64,000 nucleotides of DNA from an uncultured Chloroflexia bacterium (GCA_963768705.1 CAVYJE010000024.1:40786-104785), one strand, 5' to 3'. Positions 17,758 through 27,806 are shown, numbered from the stretch's first letter. The notes: a model not told the origin generated them from the sequence alone. Translations and numbers: made by a program.

Positions 17758-18986
17758 CTACGCCACCCAGTTGCCCGTGAGCTGCATGGCGAGGAAGACG
17801 GCCTGGAGCAGGAGCAGGGGGTAGGCGACGGCGTAGGTGAGGTTCGGGCGCCAGTGGGCGAAGGTGGCGGCGTAGGCGATGTAGAGGGGGAAGGCGACGA
17901 GGACGAGCCGGGTGTAGGACATGAAGCTGCCGAGGAAGGGCTGGAGGCCGAGGATGGCGCAGAACAGGAACATCGGCTTGTCGACGCGGCGGTAGACGAG
18001 GGGTAGCGAGAGGACGAACACGACGAAGAAGATGCGGTCGATGGCCGAATCGAGGTAGCCGTGGACGGAGTAGTGGGAGCGGAAGAGGTCGCTGATTAGC
18101 CTGTCGGGGCGCAAGAGGTGTTCGGCGCTGCGGTTTGAGATGTAGAGCTTCTCGGTGTGCATGGCGATGAAGGCGTCGCCGGCGGCGAAGTGCATGTAGA
18201 CGAGGTAGGCGCCGAAGCCGGCGATAGGCGCGAGGGCGTAGAGCAGCTCCGGGCGCCAGCGGACGCCCTCGAAGCGGGGGCGCAGGCCGTCGAAGCTCAG
18301 AGCGCAGGGCGTCGCGGCCGAGGAACCAGAGCATCGGCACGATGGCGACGAGGCCGGGCACGCGCAGGATCGGCAGGAGGAAGCCCGCGATCGCCGCGAG
18401 CCAGAGCTTGCGCTCGTAGAGGCCCCAGAACAGGACGACGCTGAGGAGCAGGAAGAGCGCCTCGGTGTAGATGAGGTTGAGGAAGAACGCCGTCGGGAAG
18501 GCCATGCAGAGCAGGAGGGCCGCGAAGGCGACGTCGCGGTCCCAGCGCTTCGCGACGAGGCGGTAAAGCAGGAACAGCGCCACGGCCGACGCGATGTTCG
18601 CGACCAGGAGGCCGGAGACGATGCTGTCGCCGGTTACGAAGTTGGTGAGCTTGATCAGCCAGGGGTAGAGGGGCCCGAAGGCGTTCGAGAGCGATCCGGT
18701 CTCGTAGCCGTGCTCGGCGAGCTTGATGTAGTGCTGCGAGTCCCAGGTGTTGAACGAGGCGGCGAACGACGTCGGGACGCGGTCGCCGTAACGGTAGTTG
18801 GCCGAGTAGAGGTCCTGGTTGAAGGGAAGGATGGCCCAGGCGACGTAGGCCGTCGCAAAGGTGCCGAGCTTCCAGAGGGCAATGGCGATGAGGGCGTCGA
18901 TGCCGTCGAACTGCGTGAGGCGGCGCAGCAGGCCCTGACGGGGCTGCGAGGTGGGAGATGGGTGCCGCGGGAGGGGCGTTGGTCAT
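17758..18986 (-). pseudogene. PIG-V-like GT-C mannosyltransferase family membrane protein, needs about 2 frame repairs as assembled
   Basis: ATG 18986 directly follows the upstream TAG. My translation of the frame upstream of ORF 17528..18583 gives ...FNTWDSQHYIKLAEHGYE... (PIG-V-type motif). The C-terminal third sits in ORF 17758..18195. Frame changes near 18940-18985 and 18200-18300. Confidence 0.7.
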
Positions 18987-21318
18987 CTAGGCCTGCGACC
19001 TGGCGAGGCGCTCTCGCAGCCAGTCGCGCTTGAGGTCGGCGACGGCAACGAGGCCCAGCGTGAGGAGGCCGAGGGCCAGCAGGGGTGTGCGCATAGCGTT
19101 GGCCTTGTAGACGAAGCGGACCTCGTAGGTGCCGGGTTCGAGGTGGATGGCCGGGAAGCTCGGCGCCAGCATGAAGGGGTCGGCCTCCTTGCCGTCGACG
19201 TAGACGTGCCAGTCGGGGTGGAAGGTCGCCTTGAGGAAGAGGGTCGAGGGCTCGTCGACGCGCACGGTGGCCTCGTAGGCGAACTTGCCGTCCGTCTCGC
19301 TCTCGATGGCGCCGAGTTGGTCTGGGGAGTAGTCGGTGCGGAGGCTGCTGAGCTTGGTCGATGCGCCGTGCAGGGGTTCGTAGTCCAGGCCGTAGAGCTT
19401 GGGGGCGCCGGGGATGGCGAGCGCCGGATAGATGCCCTTCGAGGGGGCGCTGCTGAGGAACCAGGCGCGCGAGACGATGTGATAGTCCTCCTCCGCGCCT
19501 TCGTAGCCAACGGGCGTTGAGGCGAGGCCGATGTAGCCGCCGGAGGGGGCTTCGAAGAGCTGGTAGCGCGTGCCGGTGGCGATCGGTGTCAGGAAGGCGG
19601 GCGCGGGCAGGTCTGCCGGCAAGATGACATAACGCGCGTTGAGGATCTGGTAGTGCGCCAGGTTGTTGTAGTCGAAGTGCCAGATCAGGTCTGAGTTAAG
19701 GGAGAGCGACTGGTAGGGCGGCGCAGCGGTCTCGATCTGGTTGAAGGTGAGGATATCGGGGATGCGCAGGTCGCCGACCTTGATCTCGTCGCTGAAGCCG
19801 CTGCGCACGCCTGCGTACACGCGGCCGGGGGGCAAGCGTCTCGATGGTGGCGATGATCTGCTTCAGCTCGGTGTCGTTGTCGAGGGCCTGCTGGGTGGTG
19901 TGCATCCACTCCCGGTTCTTGTCGAGGTAATCCCAGCGCTCGACCAGGCCGGTTATCACGACGAGGAGGACGAGAGCGCCGAAGATCGTGGCTGGCCAGG
20001 GGATGCGGCGCAGGTATGGGGTGACCCCTCCCCCCGGCCCCCTCCCCGCTGGCGGAGAGGGGGAGGGAGCCGCTTCGGCTGCAGGAGAACTGGAATCTGT
20101 TTCGCGGTCTCTGAGGAGGCGCGCGAAGAGGCGATTGAGGCCGGTGAGGAGGCCGCCGGCGCCGACCGCGACGAGGAGGATGACGCCGAGCTGCATGGGG
20201 CCGATGTAGCGGTGCATCCACAGCTTGCCGTTGAAGGAGAGCAAGTCGGCGACGGGGCCGAGGGTGGGGCGGCCGAAGTAGGCGATGAGCCAGAACAGGA
20301 AGATCGCCAGGGCCAGGACGGCGAGCCGGGTGCGGGTCCATAGGGCCACGAACAGGCCGATGGCGCCGAAGGCGGTGATGACGGGCAGGCGGCCGTAGTC
20401 GAGAAGCTCGCCGGTGACCAGCCAGCCCATGATCTTCTCGGCGCCGAAGGAGTTGTATTTCCAGTCCTGCATGTAGGGCGAGGTGGTGTGGTAGGCGCCG
20501 TTGAGGATGAAGGGCAGCCAGAAGTAGGACGTGATGACTAGGGCCGGCGCGCCGATGAGGGCCAGCCGCACGACACGCTGGCGGGCGTTGGCGCGCGTCA
20601 TGCCGGCGACCAGCACGAAGGCGAGGGTGACGCCGACGATGAAGGCGTAGATCACGTGCGAGAGCACGAGGGCCGAGAGCGCGACGACGCTTGCGAGGTA
20701 GCCCTTGCTGTCGCGCAGGGTGCGGTGGACGCAGGCGAGGGACAGGAAGGTGAGGTGCATGGCCCAGAGCTGCGTGTACATGCCGAAGCCGCGCCAGACG
20801 TAGCTGTCGTACTCGAAGCCGAAGCGATGGCCGGCCGAGAGCAGGGGGGCGATGGCGGCGGCGGCGCCGGCGGCGGGTCGGGAGAACTCGAACTGGCGCA
20901 GGGACCAGTACACGGTGATCGGGAAGCCGACGAGCAGGGCGTAGCGCGTGAGGTTGAACAGGGTGAGGAGGTCGACCTGGCGCAGGAACAGGCGGTCGAG
21001 GGCGACGACGAAGAGGTGGGGCAGGTGCTGGTAGTAGGCGAACTGCGGGTAGCCGATCTCGAGGTCGGGCGCCCAGTGGTCGACGGGGTTGAGGCCGGCG
21101 TCGATGGCGCGGCTGGCGTTGAGGATGAGGGAGTAGTGGGCGGCGTCGTCGTTCAGGCTGGGTACGGCAACCGTGACCTCCGGCAGCAAGGCGATGCCAA
21201 GGACGAGCATCGAGAGCCACATCGGCGCCAACGGCAGGGCCCAGGCGAGTCGATCGCTCCAGGCGGTCTCGCCGATTGCGAGGCGCCATCGTTGCAAGGC
21301 GATGCCTGAAACGCTCAT
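18987..21318 (-). pseudogene. Large polytopic membrane protein (GT-C/YfhO-like envelope glycosylation candidate), one frame repair at a G6 run
   Basis: N-terminal about 490 aa in ORF 19696..21729 from ATG 21318. C-terminal 282 aa in ORF 18987..19835. Junction ...IIATIETL|PPGRVYAG... falls at GGGGGG 19827-19832. Confidence 0.7.
20024..20068. repeat. REP-like hairpin (CCCCCTCCCCG-ctgg-CGGAGAGGGGG) embedded in frame in the CDS
   Basis: Same family as the intergenic CCCTCTCCG-loop-CGGAGAGGG elements. Encodes part of the loop ...SPSPPAGRGPGGGVTPY... Confidence 0.7.
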
Positions 21319-21390
21319 CGCAGAAATGGTACAGAGTTGGGGTCTTGAGTGCAGAAATGGTTGTGTAAGGAGTGGTCGGGGGCGGAGTAA

Positions 21391-21443
21391 CCTCACCCCC
21401 ACCGACTGCGGTCGGCACCCCCTCTCCGATTTCGGAGAGGGGG
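21391..21443. repeat. Composite hairpin element, copy 3
   Basis: CCTCACCCCCACCGACTGCGGTCGGCACCCCCTCTCCGATTTCGGAGAGGGGG, matching 1767-1820. Confidence 0.8.
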
Positions 21444-21588
21444 CGCCTGCTACGGGGTCACCGCTTGTGTGCCGTAGACGTAGCAGCAGACCTTCAAGTC
21501 TGCGATCAGGGCTCATGCGGTCGCTATGTTTCGTGACGGTCATGGTCTTGCGGTGGTTGGAGGCTCTCGGTCGGGTGTGGGGTCGACA

Positions 21589-21608
21589 CTGCGGGATGAA
21601 TCCCGCAG
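21589..21608. repeat. REP-like hairpin CTGCGGGATGAATCCCGCAG
   Basis: Identical to 11451-11470. Variants at 17559-17578, 25043-25062 and 54050-54068. Confidence 0.8.
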
Positions 21609-21660
21609 CTACGTCTGTGCACTCTGTACTGTGCCCTCTGCCCTCGGGCATGATGCTCGT

Positions 21661-22836
21661 ATGAAGAGCTTCCTTACTCATCTCGAATGCACGGATTGCG
21701 GCCAGACGTTTTCGGCGGCGGAGTTGCACACGATCTGCCCAGCGTGCGGCAAGGTCCTGTTCGCGCGCTACGACCTCGACGCGGCGCGGCGGGAGATGTC
21801 GCGCGAGACGGTGATGTCGCGGGCGCCGTCGATGTGGCGGTGGTTCGAGATCATGCCGGTGCTGGACGAGGCGAACGTGGTGTCGCTGGGCGAGGGTGGC
21901 ACGCCGATGCTGCGCGCGGGCGGCATCGAGACGACGACGGGCGCGCGCGAGGTGTGGGTGAAGGACGAGGGCATGAACCCGACGGGGAGCTTCAAGGCGC
22001 GCGGGCTCTCGGCGGCGGTGTCGAAGGCGAAGGAGCTGGGCGTCAGGAGCATCGCGATCCCGTCGGCGGGCAACGCGGCGTCAGCGCTGTCGGCGTACGC
22101 GGCGCGGGCCGGCATCGAGGCGTGGATCTTCATGCCCGCCGACACCCCGGACGCGATGAAGAACGAGTGTCACGTGTACGGCGCCCACCTTCAGCTCGTC
22201 GACGGGCTGATCAACGATTGCGCTCGCATCGTGCGGGAAGAGGGGCCGGCCAAGGGCTGGTTCGACGTGTCGACGCTGCGGGAGCCGTACCGGGCCGAGG
22301 GCAAGAAGACGATGGGCCTGGAGATGGCGCAGCAGCTGGGGTGGAAGCTGCCGGACGTGATGATCTACCCCACCGGCGGCGGCACCGGCATCGTCGGGAT
22401 GTGGAAGGCGTTCGATGAGCTGGAGGCGCTGGGCTGGATCGGCCCGGAGCGCCCGAGGGTGATTTCGGTGCAGGCGGAGGGCTGCGCGCCCATCGTCAAG
22501 GCGTACGAGGCGGGCGAGCGCCACGCGCCGACGTGGGAGAACGCCCACACGATCGCGCCGGGCATCCGCGTGCCGGCCGCGATCGCCGACTACCTGATCC
22601 TGGACGCGGTGCGCGAGAGCGGCGGCACCGCGGTGGCCGTCTCGGACGACGAGATCCTGGCGGCGATGTCGGAGATGGCGCGACTCGAAGGCATCTTCGC
22701 CGCGCCGGAGGGCGCCGCGACGTACGCGGGGTACAAGAAGCTGCTGGCGGCCGGCACGCTGGACCCGGGCGAGAGCGTCGTGCTGTTCCAGACGGGCTCA
22801 GGGCTGAAGACGCACGAGCTAGCGTCGCGGGTGTAG
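21661..22836 (+). CDS. thrC: Threonine synthase
   Basis: Trimmed to ATG 21661. N-terminal Zn-ribbon-like CTDCG...CPACG and PLP lysine context NPTGSFKARG. Confidence 0.9.
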   Translation: MKSFLTHLECTDCGQTFSAAELHTICPACGKVLFARYDLDAARREMSRETVMSRAPSMWRWFEIMPVLDEANVVSLGEGGTPMLRAGGIETTTGAREVWVKDEGMNPTGSFKARGLSAAVSKAKELGVRSIAIPSAGNAASALSAYAARAGIEAWIFMPADTPDAMKNECHVYGAHLQLVDGLINDCARIVREEGPAKGWFDVSTLREPYRAEGKKTMGLEMAQQLGWKLPDVMIYPTGGGTGIVGMWKAFDELEALGWIGPERPRVISVQAEGCAPIVKAYEAGERHAPTWENAHTIAPGIRVPAAIADYLILDAVRESGGTAVAVSDDEILAAMSEMARLEGIFAAPEGAATYAGYKKLLAAGTLDPGESVVLFQTGSGLKTHELASRV

Positions 22837-22857
22837 GCCGATCGCGGTCTTGATGTG

Positions 22858-22889
22858 CCGTAGCTTCCCTGCACGCAGGGAAGCTACGG
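22858..22889. terminator. Long perfect hairpin between convergent genes
   Basis: CCGTAGCTTCCCTGC..GCAGGGAAGCTACGG. No clear U-tract. Confidence 0.45.
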
Positions 22890-22942
22890 AGGTCGGGCGC
22901 CAGAGCCTGGTCGAGCCGATACTCCGGGCAGTGCTCCTGCGT

Positions 22943-24124
22943 TTACGGCCCGAGGAGATCGCCGCCGATGACCTTCACCGTCCACGAGGCCGTCCTTTTG
23001 GCGTTGGACGCGCTACCGTCCAGGTCGGTTCGGTAGACCTCCATGGCAACCGTGTTCCCGTCGAGGAGGTAAGTGGGACCAGAGATGATGCATGAGGTTG
23101 AAGGCGTGTTGGATGGCGCATTCGCGGCGTAAATGGTGCAAGTCTTGCCTGTGTCCACGCCGTTGATAAAGAGGGTGAAGACAAATGTCGTTGTGGCGAG
23201 CGGGCTAGCCAGGCCATCGATGCTCACCTCTATCGCGTCGAGGGCGATGGTGCATCCCTCGTACCCGTAGACGGTCTGGTCGTTGTCGGCCAGCACCTGG
23301 GTGCCGTCGTGCCGGCCGGCCAGCGCGTAGTACCACCGGCTGTCGCTCTTGGCTTCGTTAGGGTCGTTCGTGCTGCCGTCGCCGTCGACGTGGCCGATGC
23401 TCTGGAAGGCCTCAACGCCGCTGTCGGGCTCGATGGTCGGACATGCTGCGGCGCCGGGTTCGCCCTGCGGCCCGGCATCGCCGGTCGGACCTGCGGCGCC
23501 GTTGCAGATGTCGAAGCCGTCGTCGATCTCGCCGGCCTGGAGTGTGCCGTCGCCGGGCGTACCACCGCTATCGCCGTTGTCGAGGCCGTAATCGACGTGC
23601 TGACCGGTCTCGTCACCGCAGGCGCCATCGACACTTATGGGGGTGGTGACGAACAGCGTGCTGTAGCCGTCGGCACCTGTGGGGCCAGTGGGACCAATGG
23701 CGCCTGTATCGCCAGTCGGCCCGGGATCACCAGCCGGTCCCTTTTCGCCGGTTGCACCGGTTGGGCCGCGAGTGCCGTCCTCGCCGGCGGGACCAGCGGG
23801 TCCCTGCGCACCGTCCCTGCCGTCGGAGCCGTCATCGCCGTCGAGCCCCTGGGCGCCCCGTGGTCCCGAAGGCCCGGTAGCACCTGTGGGGCCCGTGCAG
23901 TCGACGACCTGGGTGAGGATGATGGACGGCGATGGAGGCAGGATGCCGGCGTTGCCGGTGTTGGGAGGCGTTATGGCGTTGGCATTGGTTGCCGCGAGCG
24001 CGCCGGCATTGACGATGCAGTCCTCCGGCGATTGGCCTTCGGCGCTTCTGACGCCGGTGCCTCGCTGAAGAAACAGGGCAAGGACAACGAGCGCCATGAC
24101 GGCTACTGCAAGTGTGGTCTTCAC
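22943..24124 (-). CDS. Secreted collagen-like triple-helix repeat protein with globular C-terminal domain
   Basis: Signal/anchor MKTTLAVAVMALVVLALFL. 25 uninterrupted G-X-Y triplets (aa 78-152, nt 23669-23893). A second run of about 6 triplets, then a Cys-containing beta-rich C-terminus of about 150 aa. GTG start. Confidence 0.8.
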   Translation of the reverse strand: MKTTLAVAVMALVVLALFLQRGTGVRSAEGQSPEDCIVNAGALAATNANAITPPNTGNAGILPPSPSIILTQVVDCTGPTGATGPSGPRGAQGLDGDDGSDGRDGAQGPAGPAGEDGTRGPTGATGEKGPAGDPGPTGDTGAIGPTGPTGADGYSTLFVTTPISVDGACGDETGQHVDYGLDNGDSGGTPGDGTLQAGEIDDGFDICNGAAGPTGDAGPQGEPGAAACPTIEPDSGVEAFQSIGHVDGDGSTNDPNEAKSDSRWYYALAGRHDGTQVLADNDQTVYGYEGCTIALDAIEVSIDGLASPLATTTFVFTLFINGVDTGKTCTIYAANAPSNTPSTSCIISGPTYLLDGNTVAMEVYRTDLDGSASNAKRTASWTVKVIGGDLLGP

Positions 24125-24309
24125 GAGGCGATCTCCCGGGTTCAGGCGTAAGGAAGCTATTGGCTAGGTGAATCGTAGGGGGATGCTGCGCCTGGGGGAA
24201 TTGCGGACTGGTTAATTACACATGAAAGATTCTTCTGGGGTATGAGATTGCCCGACTACGCTTCGCGGTGCAGGTACGGTGAGTGCAATCGAGAGGATGA
24301 CTTGGGGGA

Positions 24310-24993
24310 CTAGGGCGTCTCTACGGGGTGGCCTTCCACCCAGGCGGAGCCGTCGCTCCAGTGCTCCTTCTTCCACACCGGCACAACTTCCTTGATGCGG
24401 TCCACGCACCAGTGACAGGCTTCGAAGGCGTCTTTGCGGTGGGGTGAGGAGACGGCGACGAGCAGGCTGGTCTCGCCGATCTCGAGGGTGCCGATGCGGT
24501 GCCAGGCGCCGACCTCGCTGACCTCGGGGAAGCGCTGCTTCGTGAGCTCGGCGACCTCTCGCAGCTTCTTCAGGGCCATCGATTCGTGGGCCTCGTACTC
24601 GAGGCGGTCGACGGAGCGGCCCTCGCTGTGGTTGCGCACATCGCCATAGAAGAGGGTGATAGCGCCGGCTTCATCGCGACGAACCAGCTTCGCGAGGTCG
24701 TCCGGGTTCATGACGTCGTAGGTGACCTTGAACAGGCCCTCGTCGTCAGCGCCGCCGCTGACGGGCGGGATCAGGGAGACCTCGGCGCCGTCGTGCAGGT
24801 GCTGCTCGAAGGGCACGTACTCGTCGTCGATGGCGAAAACGATGGTCTTGAGCATGGGCTCGAGGGGCGGGAATTCGACGGCAAGGCGGCGCTTGAGGTC
24901 ATCGACCGTGGCGCCGTCTTCGAGGTCCATGCAGACCTCTCGCTGTCCGACGGCCTCACGGGCGGAGGCGAAGAGATGGAGGGCAACCTTCAT
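24310..24993 (-). CDS. moaE: Molybdopterin synthase MoaD-MoaE fusion protein
   Basis: The N-terminal 82 aa end in the MoaD-type ...IPPVSGG. The remainder matches MoaE (GAITLFYGDVRN, LEYEAH, AVSSPHRKDAF, PVWKKE). Confidence 0.85.
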   Translation of the reverse strand: MKVALHLFASAREAVGQREVCMDLEDGATVDDLKRRLAVEFPPLEPMLKTIVFAIDDEYVPFEQHLHDGAEVSLIPPVSGGADDEGLFKVTYDVMNPDDLAKLVRRDEAGAITLFYGDVRNHSEGRSVDRLEYEAHESMALKKLREVAELTKQRFPEVSEVGAWHRIGTLEIGETSLLVAVSSPHRKDAFEACHWCVDRIKEVVPVWKKEHWSDGSAWVEGHPVETP

Positions 24994-25098
24994 ACCTAGA
25001 TGTTACCAGTGACTCGGAGGATGTGTGCAGCCGCGCGCCATACCGCGGGATGAATCCCGCGGCTTCGATCCGGTGTGCAACGGCCTATACTCGCGTGC

Positions 25099-25801
25099 AT
25101 GCAGAACCTCAGCTTCGGCCGACTCGGCAAGGCGGCGCTCGACCTGCTGTACCCGCCTCGATGCGTGCTGTGCGGCGCCGGCGGCGTGTTTCTGTGCGAG
25201 CGCTGCATCGAGGCCCTCCCTGCCGCCGATGGCCCGCGCTGCGACCGGTGCTGGCTGCCGCTGCGAGGCGATGCCTGCCTCGCGTGCCTGATGGAGCCGG
25301 GACAGCTGGCGCACCTGCGCGCCGTGTTTCGCTACGAGCGCGGCGTGAGGCAGGTGGTGCACGCCTTCAAGTTCAGCGGCCAGAGCAGCCTGGCGCCGGA
25401 TATCGGGCGGCTGATGGCGGGCGCGTACACGCAGCACGGCCTCGAAGCGGACGTGATTGTGCCGGTGCCGCTGACAGGGGCTCGACAGCGGGCGCGCGGC
25501 TACAACCAGGCGCTGCTCATGGCGAACGAGGTGTCGAAGCTCAACGGCGTGCCCGTCCTGGAGGCGCTGCGACGCACCGGTAACTCCGTCGCGCAGGCAT
25601 CGAGCGCATCGGCCGAGGAGCGGCACCGCAACGTCGAGGGCGTGTTCAGGCTTGCGAAGGGCCGGGACGTCTCCGGGGCGCGCGTGCTGCTGATCGACGA
25701 CGTGGCGACGACGGGCGCGACGCTGAACGCCTGCGCCGCCGTGCTCCTGGCCGCGAGGCGCTTCGAGCGTCTCGGCGCTGACGCTGGCCCGGGAGGACTG
25801 A
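25099..25801 (+). pseudogene. comF: ComF family phosphoribosyltransferase-like protein, one frame repair near 25755
   Basis: Double Cys pairs at the N-terminus and PRT motif VLLIDDVATTGAT. The canonical C-terminus ASSVSALTLARED* is only readable after a shift, ending at TGA 25799-25801. Confidence 0.75.
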
Positions 25802-26941
25802 GTGGTCTCGGGGCCGGTGCTGGTGCTGTTCTGCGGCGGCATGGGCGGTAGCGCCATCGAAGACGCCTTCGGGCAGGCGCTGCGAGAGTGCGCGCTGGAC
25901 ACGCTGCAGGAGGCCGAGGCCTCGGGGGCGTTCGAGCGTCTGATCCTGGTGGCCGACGAGGCCTCGGCCCGGGCGCTTGAGGGTCGCATGCCGGCGGGGA
26001 CGGTCGTGGACGTCGACGTGCCGGGTACGCCGTGGCACTTCGGGCGGCGCCTGAGCGAGGTAGTGCTGCGCTACGAGCTGGAGCGCCCGGTCTACGTCGG
26101 GTCCGGGCTGCCGCTGGTGAAGCGCGATGAGCTGTCGGCGTTGGCGAAGGGCGTCGCCGAAGCGGAGAAGGCGGTCGTGTCGAACAACTTCTTCTCGGCC
26201 GACATGCTGGGTTTCGTGCCCGGTTCGGTCGTGAGCCATGTGGCGCTGCCGGACAACGACCGCATCCTGCCGCGACTGTTGCGCGACGAGGCGGGACTGG
26301 AGAATCGAGCCCTCAAGCGCAGCATCGAGAACCAGTTCGACATCGATACGCCCGGCGACCTGGCGATGCTGGCGTACAGCGGCAAGGCGGGCCCGAACCT
26401 GCAGCGCTATATCGAGGCGGCCGGCATCGACACGAGCCGCCTGCAGCGCGCCTCGACCCTGTTCACGGACCGGGACGCCGAGGTGGTGGTGATGGGGCGC
26501 GTGGGCACGCCGACGTGGCAGTATCTCGAAGCCGAGACCGCGTGCCGGGTGCGCATGTTCGCGGAGGAGCGCGGCTTGCAGGCGGCCGGGCGCGACATCA
26601 ACGGCGAAGCGAGGTCGCTGGTGGCGTTTCACATGCAGGCGGTGGGGATGGAGCGCTTCTTCCGGGAGCTGGCGGAGCTGGGCCAGGCCGCCTTCATCGA
26701 CACGCGGCCGCTGTTCGCGCACATGGGGCTGAAGCCGTCTCGGCCGGACCGCTTCCTCTCGGACGCCATGACGCCGGAAGGCATCGAGGACGCCTGGGTG
26801 CGGGAGCTGACGCAGGCGGCGTGCGAGGCGCCGATCCCGGTCGTGCTCGGGGGTGCGTCGCTGGTGGCGGCGGGCGTGCAGCTGCTCTCGGAGGCAGCGT
26901 GGGCGGAGCGCGACGCGGAGATGGGGGTGTCGAAGGGGTAG
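25802..26941 (+). CDS. Conserved-looking hypothetical protein (possible nucleotidyltransferase-like N-domain + unknown C-domain)
   Basis: GTG 25802 immediately follows the repaired comF stop. Intact 379-aa ORF with good codon bias. FCGGMGGS and FDIDTPGDL are only loosely NTP-transferase-like. Confidence 0.55.
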   Translation: MVSGPVLVLFCGGMGGSAIEDAFGQALRECALDTLQEAEASGAFERLILVADEASARALEGRMPAGTVVDVDVPGTPWHFGRRLSEVVLRYELERPVYVGSGLPLVKRDELSALAKGVAEAEKAVVSNNFFSADMLGFVPGSVVSHVALPDNDRILPRLLRDEAGLENRALKRSIENQFDIDTPGDLAMLAYSGKAGPNLQRYIEAAGIDTSRLQRASTLFTDRDAEVVVMGRVGTPTWQYLEAETACRVRMFAEERGLQAAGRDINGEARSLVAFHMQAVGMERFFRELAELGQAAFIDTRPLFAHMGLKPSRPDRFLSDAMTPEGIEDAWVRELTQAACEAPIPVVLGGASLVAAGVQLLSEAAWAERDAEMGVSKG

Positions 26942-27210
26942 GGCGCTACTCTTCGCGTAGCCGACCACGCCTCATGGCTTCCTCGGCGATAGCTTCTTCT
27001 GCAAACCGTCGCATCTCTTCAGCAGTCATTGGCGGACCGTTGGTGCGGAAAATGCCCGCAGTTTGTGCAACACGCTCGCACGGGGCGTTGGGACATGCAC
27101 TCCGTCCTCAACCTTCGATTGTTGTGGCTGGGCCTTCTTCTCACGTGGCATCGTTCCAACAGCGTAACCCTATGCAGGAGCGGCGCAACTGGACGAAATG
27201 ACATCTCATG

Positions 27211-27240
27211 AAAAAGCCCCGGTGCAACTGCACCGGGGCT
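27211..27240 (-). terminator. Rho-independent terminator of hsp20
   Basis: On the minus strand GCCCCGGTGCA-loop-TGCACCGGGGC followed by TTTTT, 23 nt after the stop. Confidence 0.8.
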
Positions 27241-27262
27241 TCCAGGTTGAGCCAGCGCACTC

Positions 27263-27715
27263 TTAGCTGGCGGAGCCGACTTTGATCTGCTTCGGGCGAA
27301 GCGCCTCAGCCTTGGGGAGCTTGAGGGAGAGCACGCCGTTCTCGAACTTGGCCTCGGCCTTGTCGGAGTCGACGCTGACCGGGAGGGTCATGGCGCGGTG
27401 GAAGCTGCCGTAGCGGATCTCGCGACGGTAGTAGTCGCGCTTCTTCTCCTCGCTCGTGTCCTTGTGCTCCGCCTTGATCGTGAGCACGTCGTTCGCGACG
27501 GTGATCTCGACCTCTTCAGGCTTTACACCCGGGAGCGAGGCCTTGATCTCGAGGTCGCCCTCCGTCTCGGATACCTCGACGGGGAAGGTGGCTTCGTAGC
27601 CCTCTGCGTTCGCGGCGGGGATCAGGCGCCAGGGGCGCGAGAAGCCCTCGTCGAACAGTCGATCCATCGTGCCGCGCAGGTCGGCAAACGGGTCCCAACG
27701 AGTCACATTGGTCAT
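27263..27715 (-). CDS. hsp20: Hsp20/alpha-crystallin family small heat-shock protein
   Basis: Alpha-crystallin domain (FPVEVSETEGDLEIKASLPGVKPEEVEITV...FENGVLSLKLPK). ATG 27715 with GGAGGA RBS. Confidence 0.9.
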   Translation of the reverse strand: MTNVTRWDPFADLRGTMDRLFDEGFSRPWRLIPAANAEGYEATFPVEVSETEGDLEIKASLPGVKPEEVEITVANDVLTIKAEHKDTSEEKKRDYYRREIRYGSFHRAMTLPVSVDSDKAEAKFENGVLSLKLPKAEALRPKQIKVGSAS

Positions 27716-27777
27716 TTCTTGGTCCTCCATCTGCAGTTGGTGGTTATTTGCTGGGCTGGTGCCCTTGCTTCGATATC

Positions 27778-27806
27778 AGGATAGAAAAGCCCAAGGAGCC
27801 TGTCAA
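27778..27806 (-). promoter_or_regulatory. Putative sigma-70-type promoter of hsp20 (TTGACA-17-TATCCT)
   Basis: Read on the minus strand. The -35 lies 4 nt downstream of the HAIR-like element. Confidence 0.55.

Noticed and set aside
23309-24151. Long plus-strand ORFs opposite the collagen-like gene
   Set aside because: They are a mirror-image artefact of the G-X-Y repeat: GGN/CCN periodicity keeps several frames open.
26946-27151. Two tiny minus-strand ORFs with an ATGA overlap: 41 aa MPREKKAQPQQSKVEDG... and 27 aa MTAEEMRRFAEEAIAEEAMRRGRLREE
   Set aside because: Both are below any length at which I can judge coding potential by eye, and no family is recognised. They could be one indel-split small gene, but the evidence is insufficient to call a feature.
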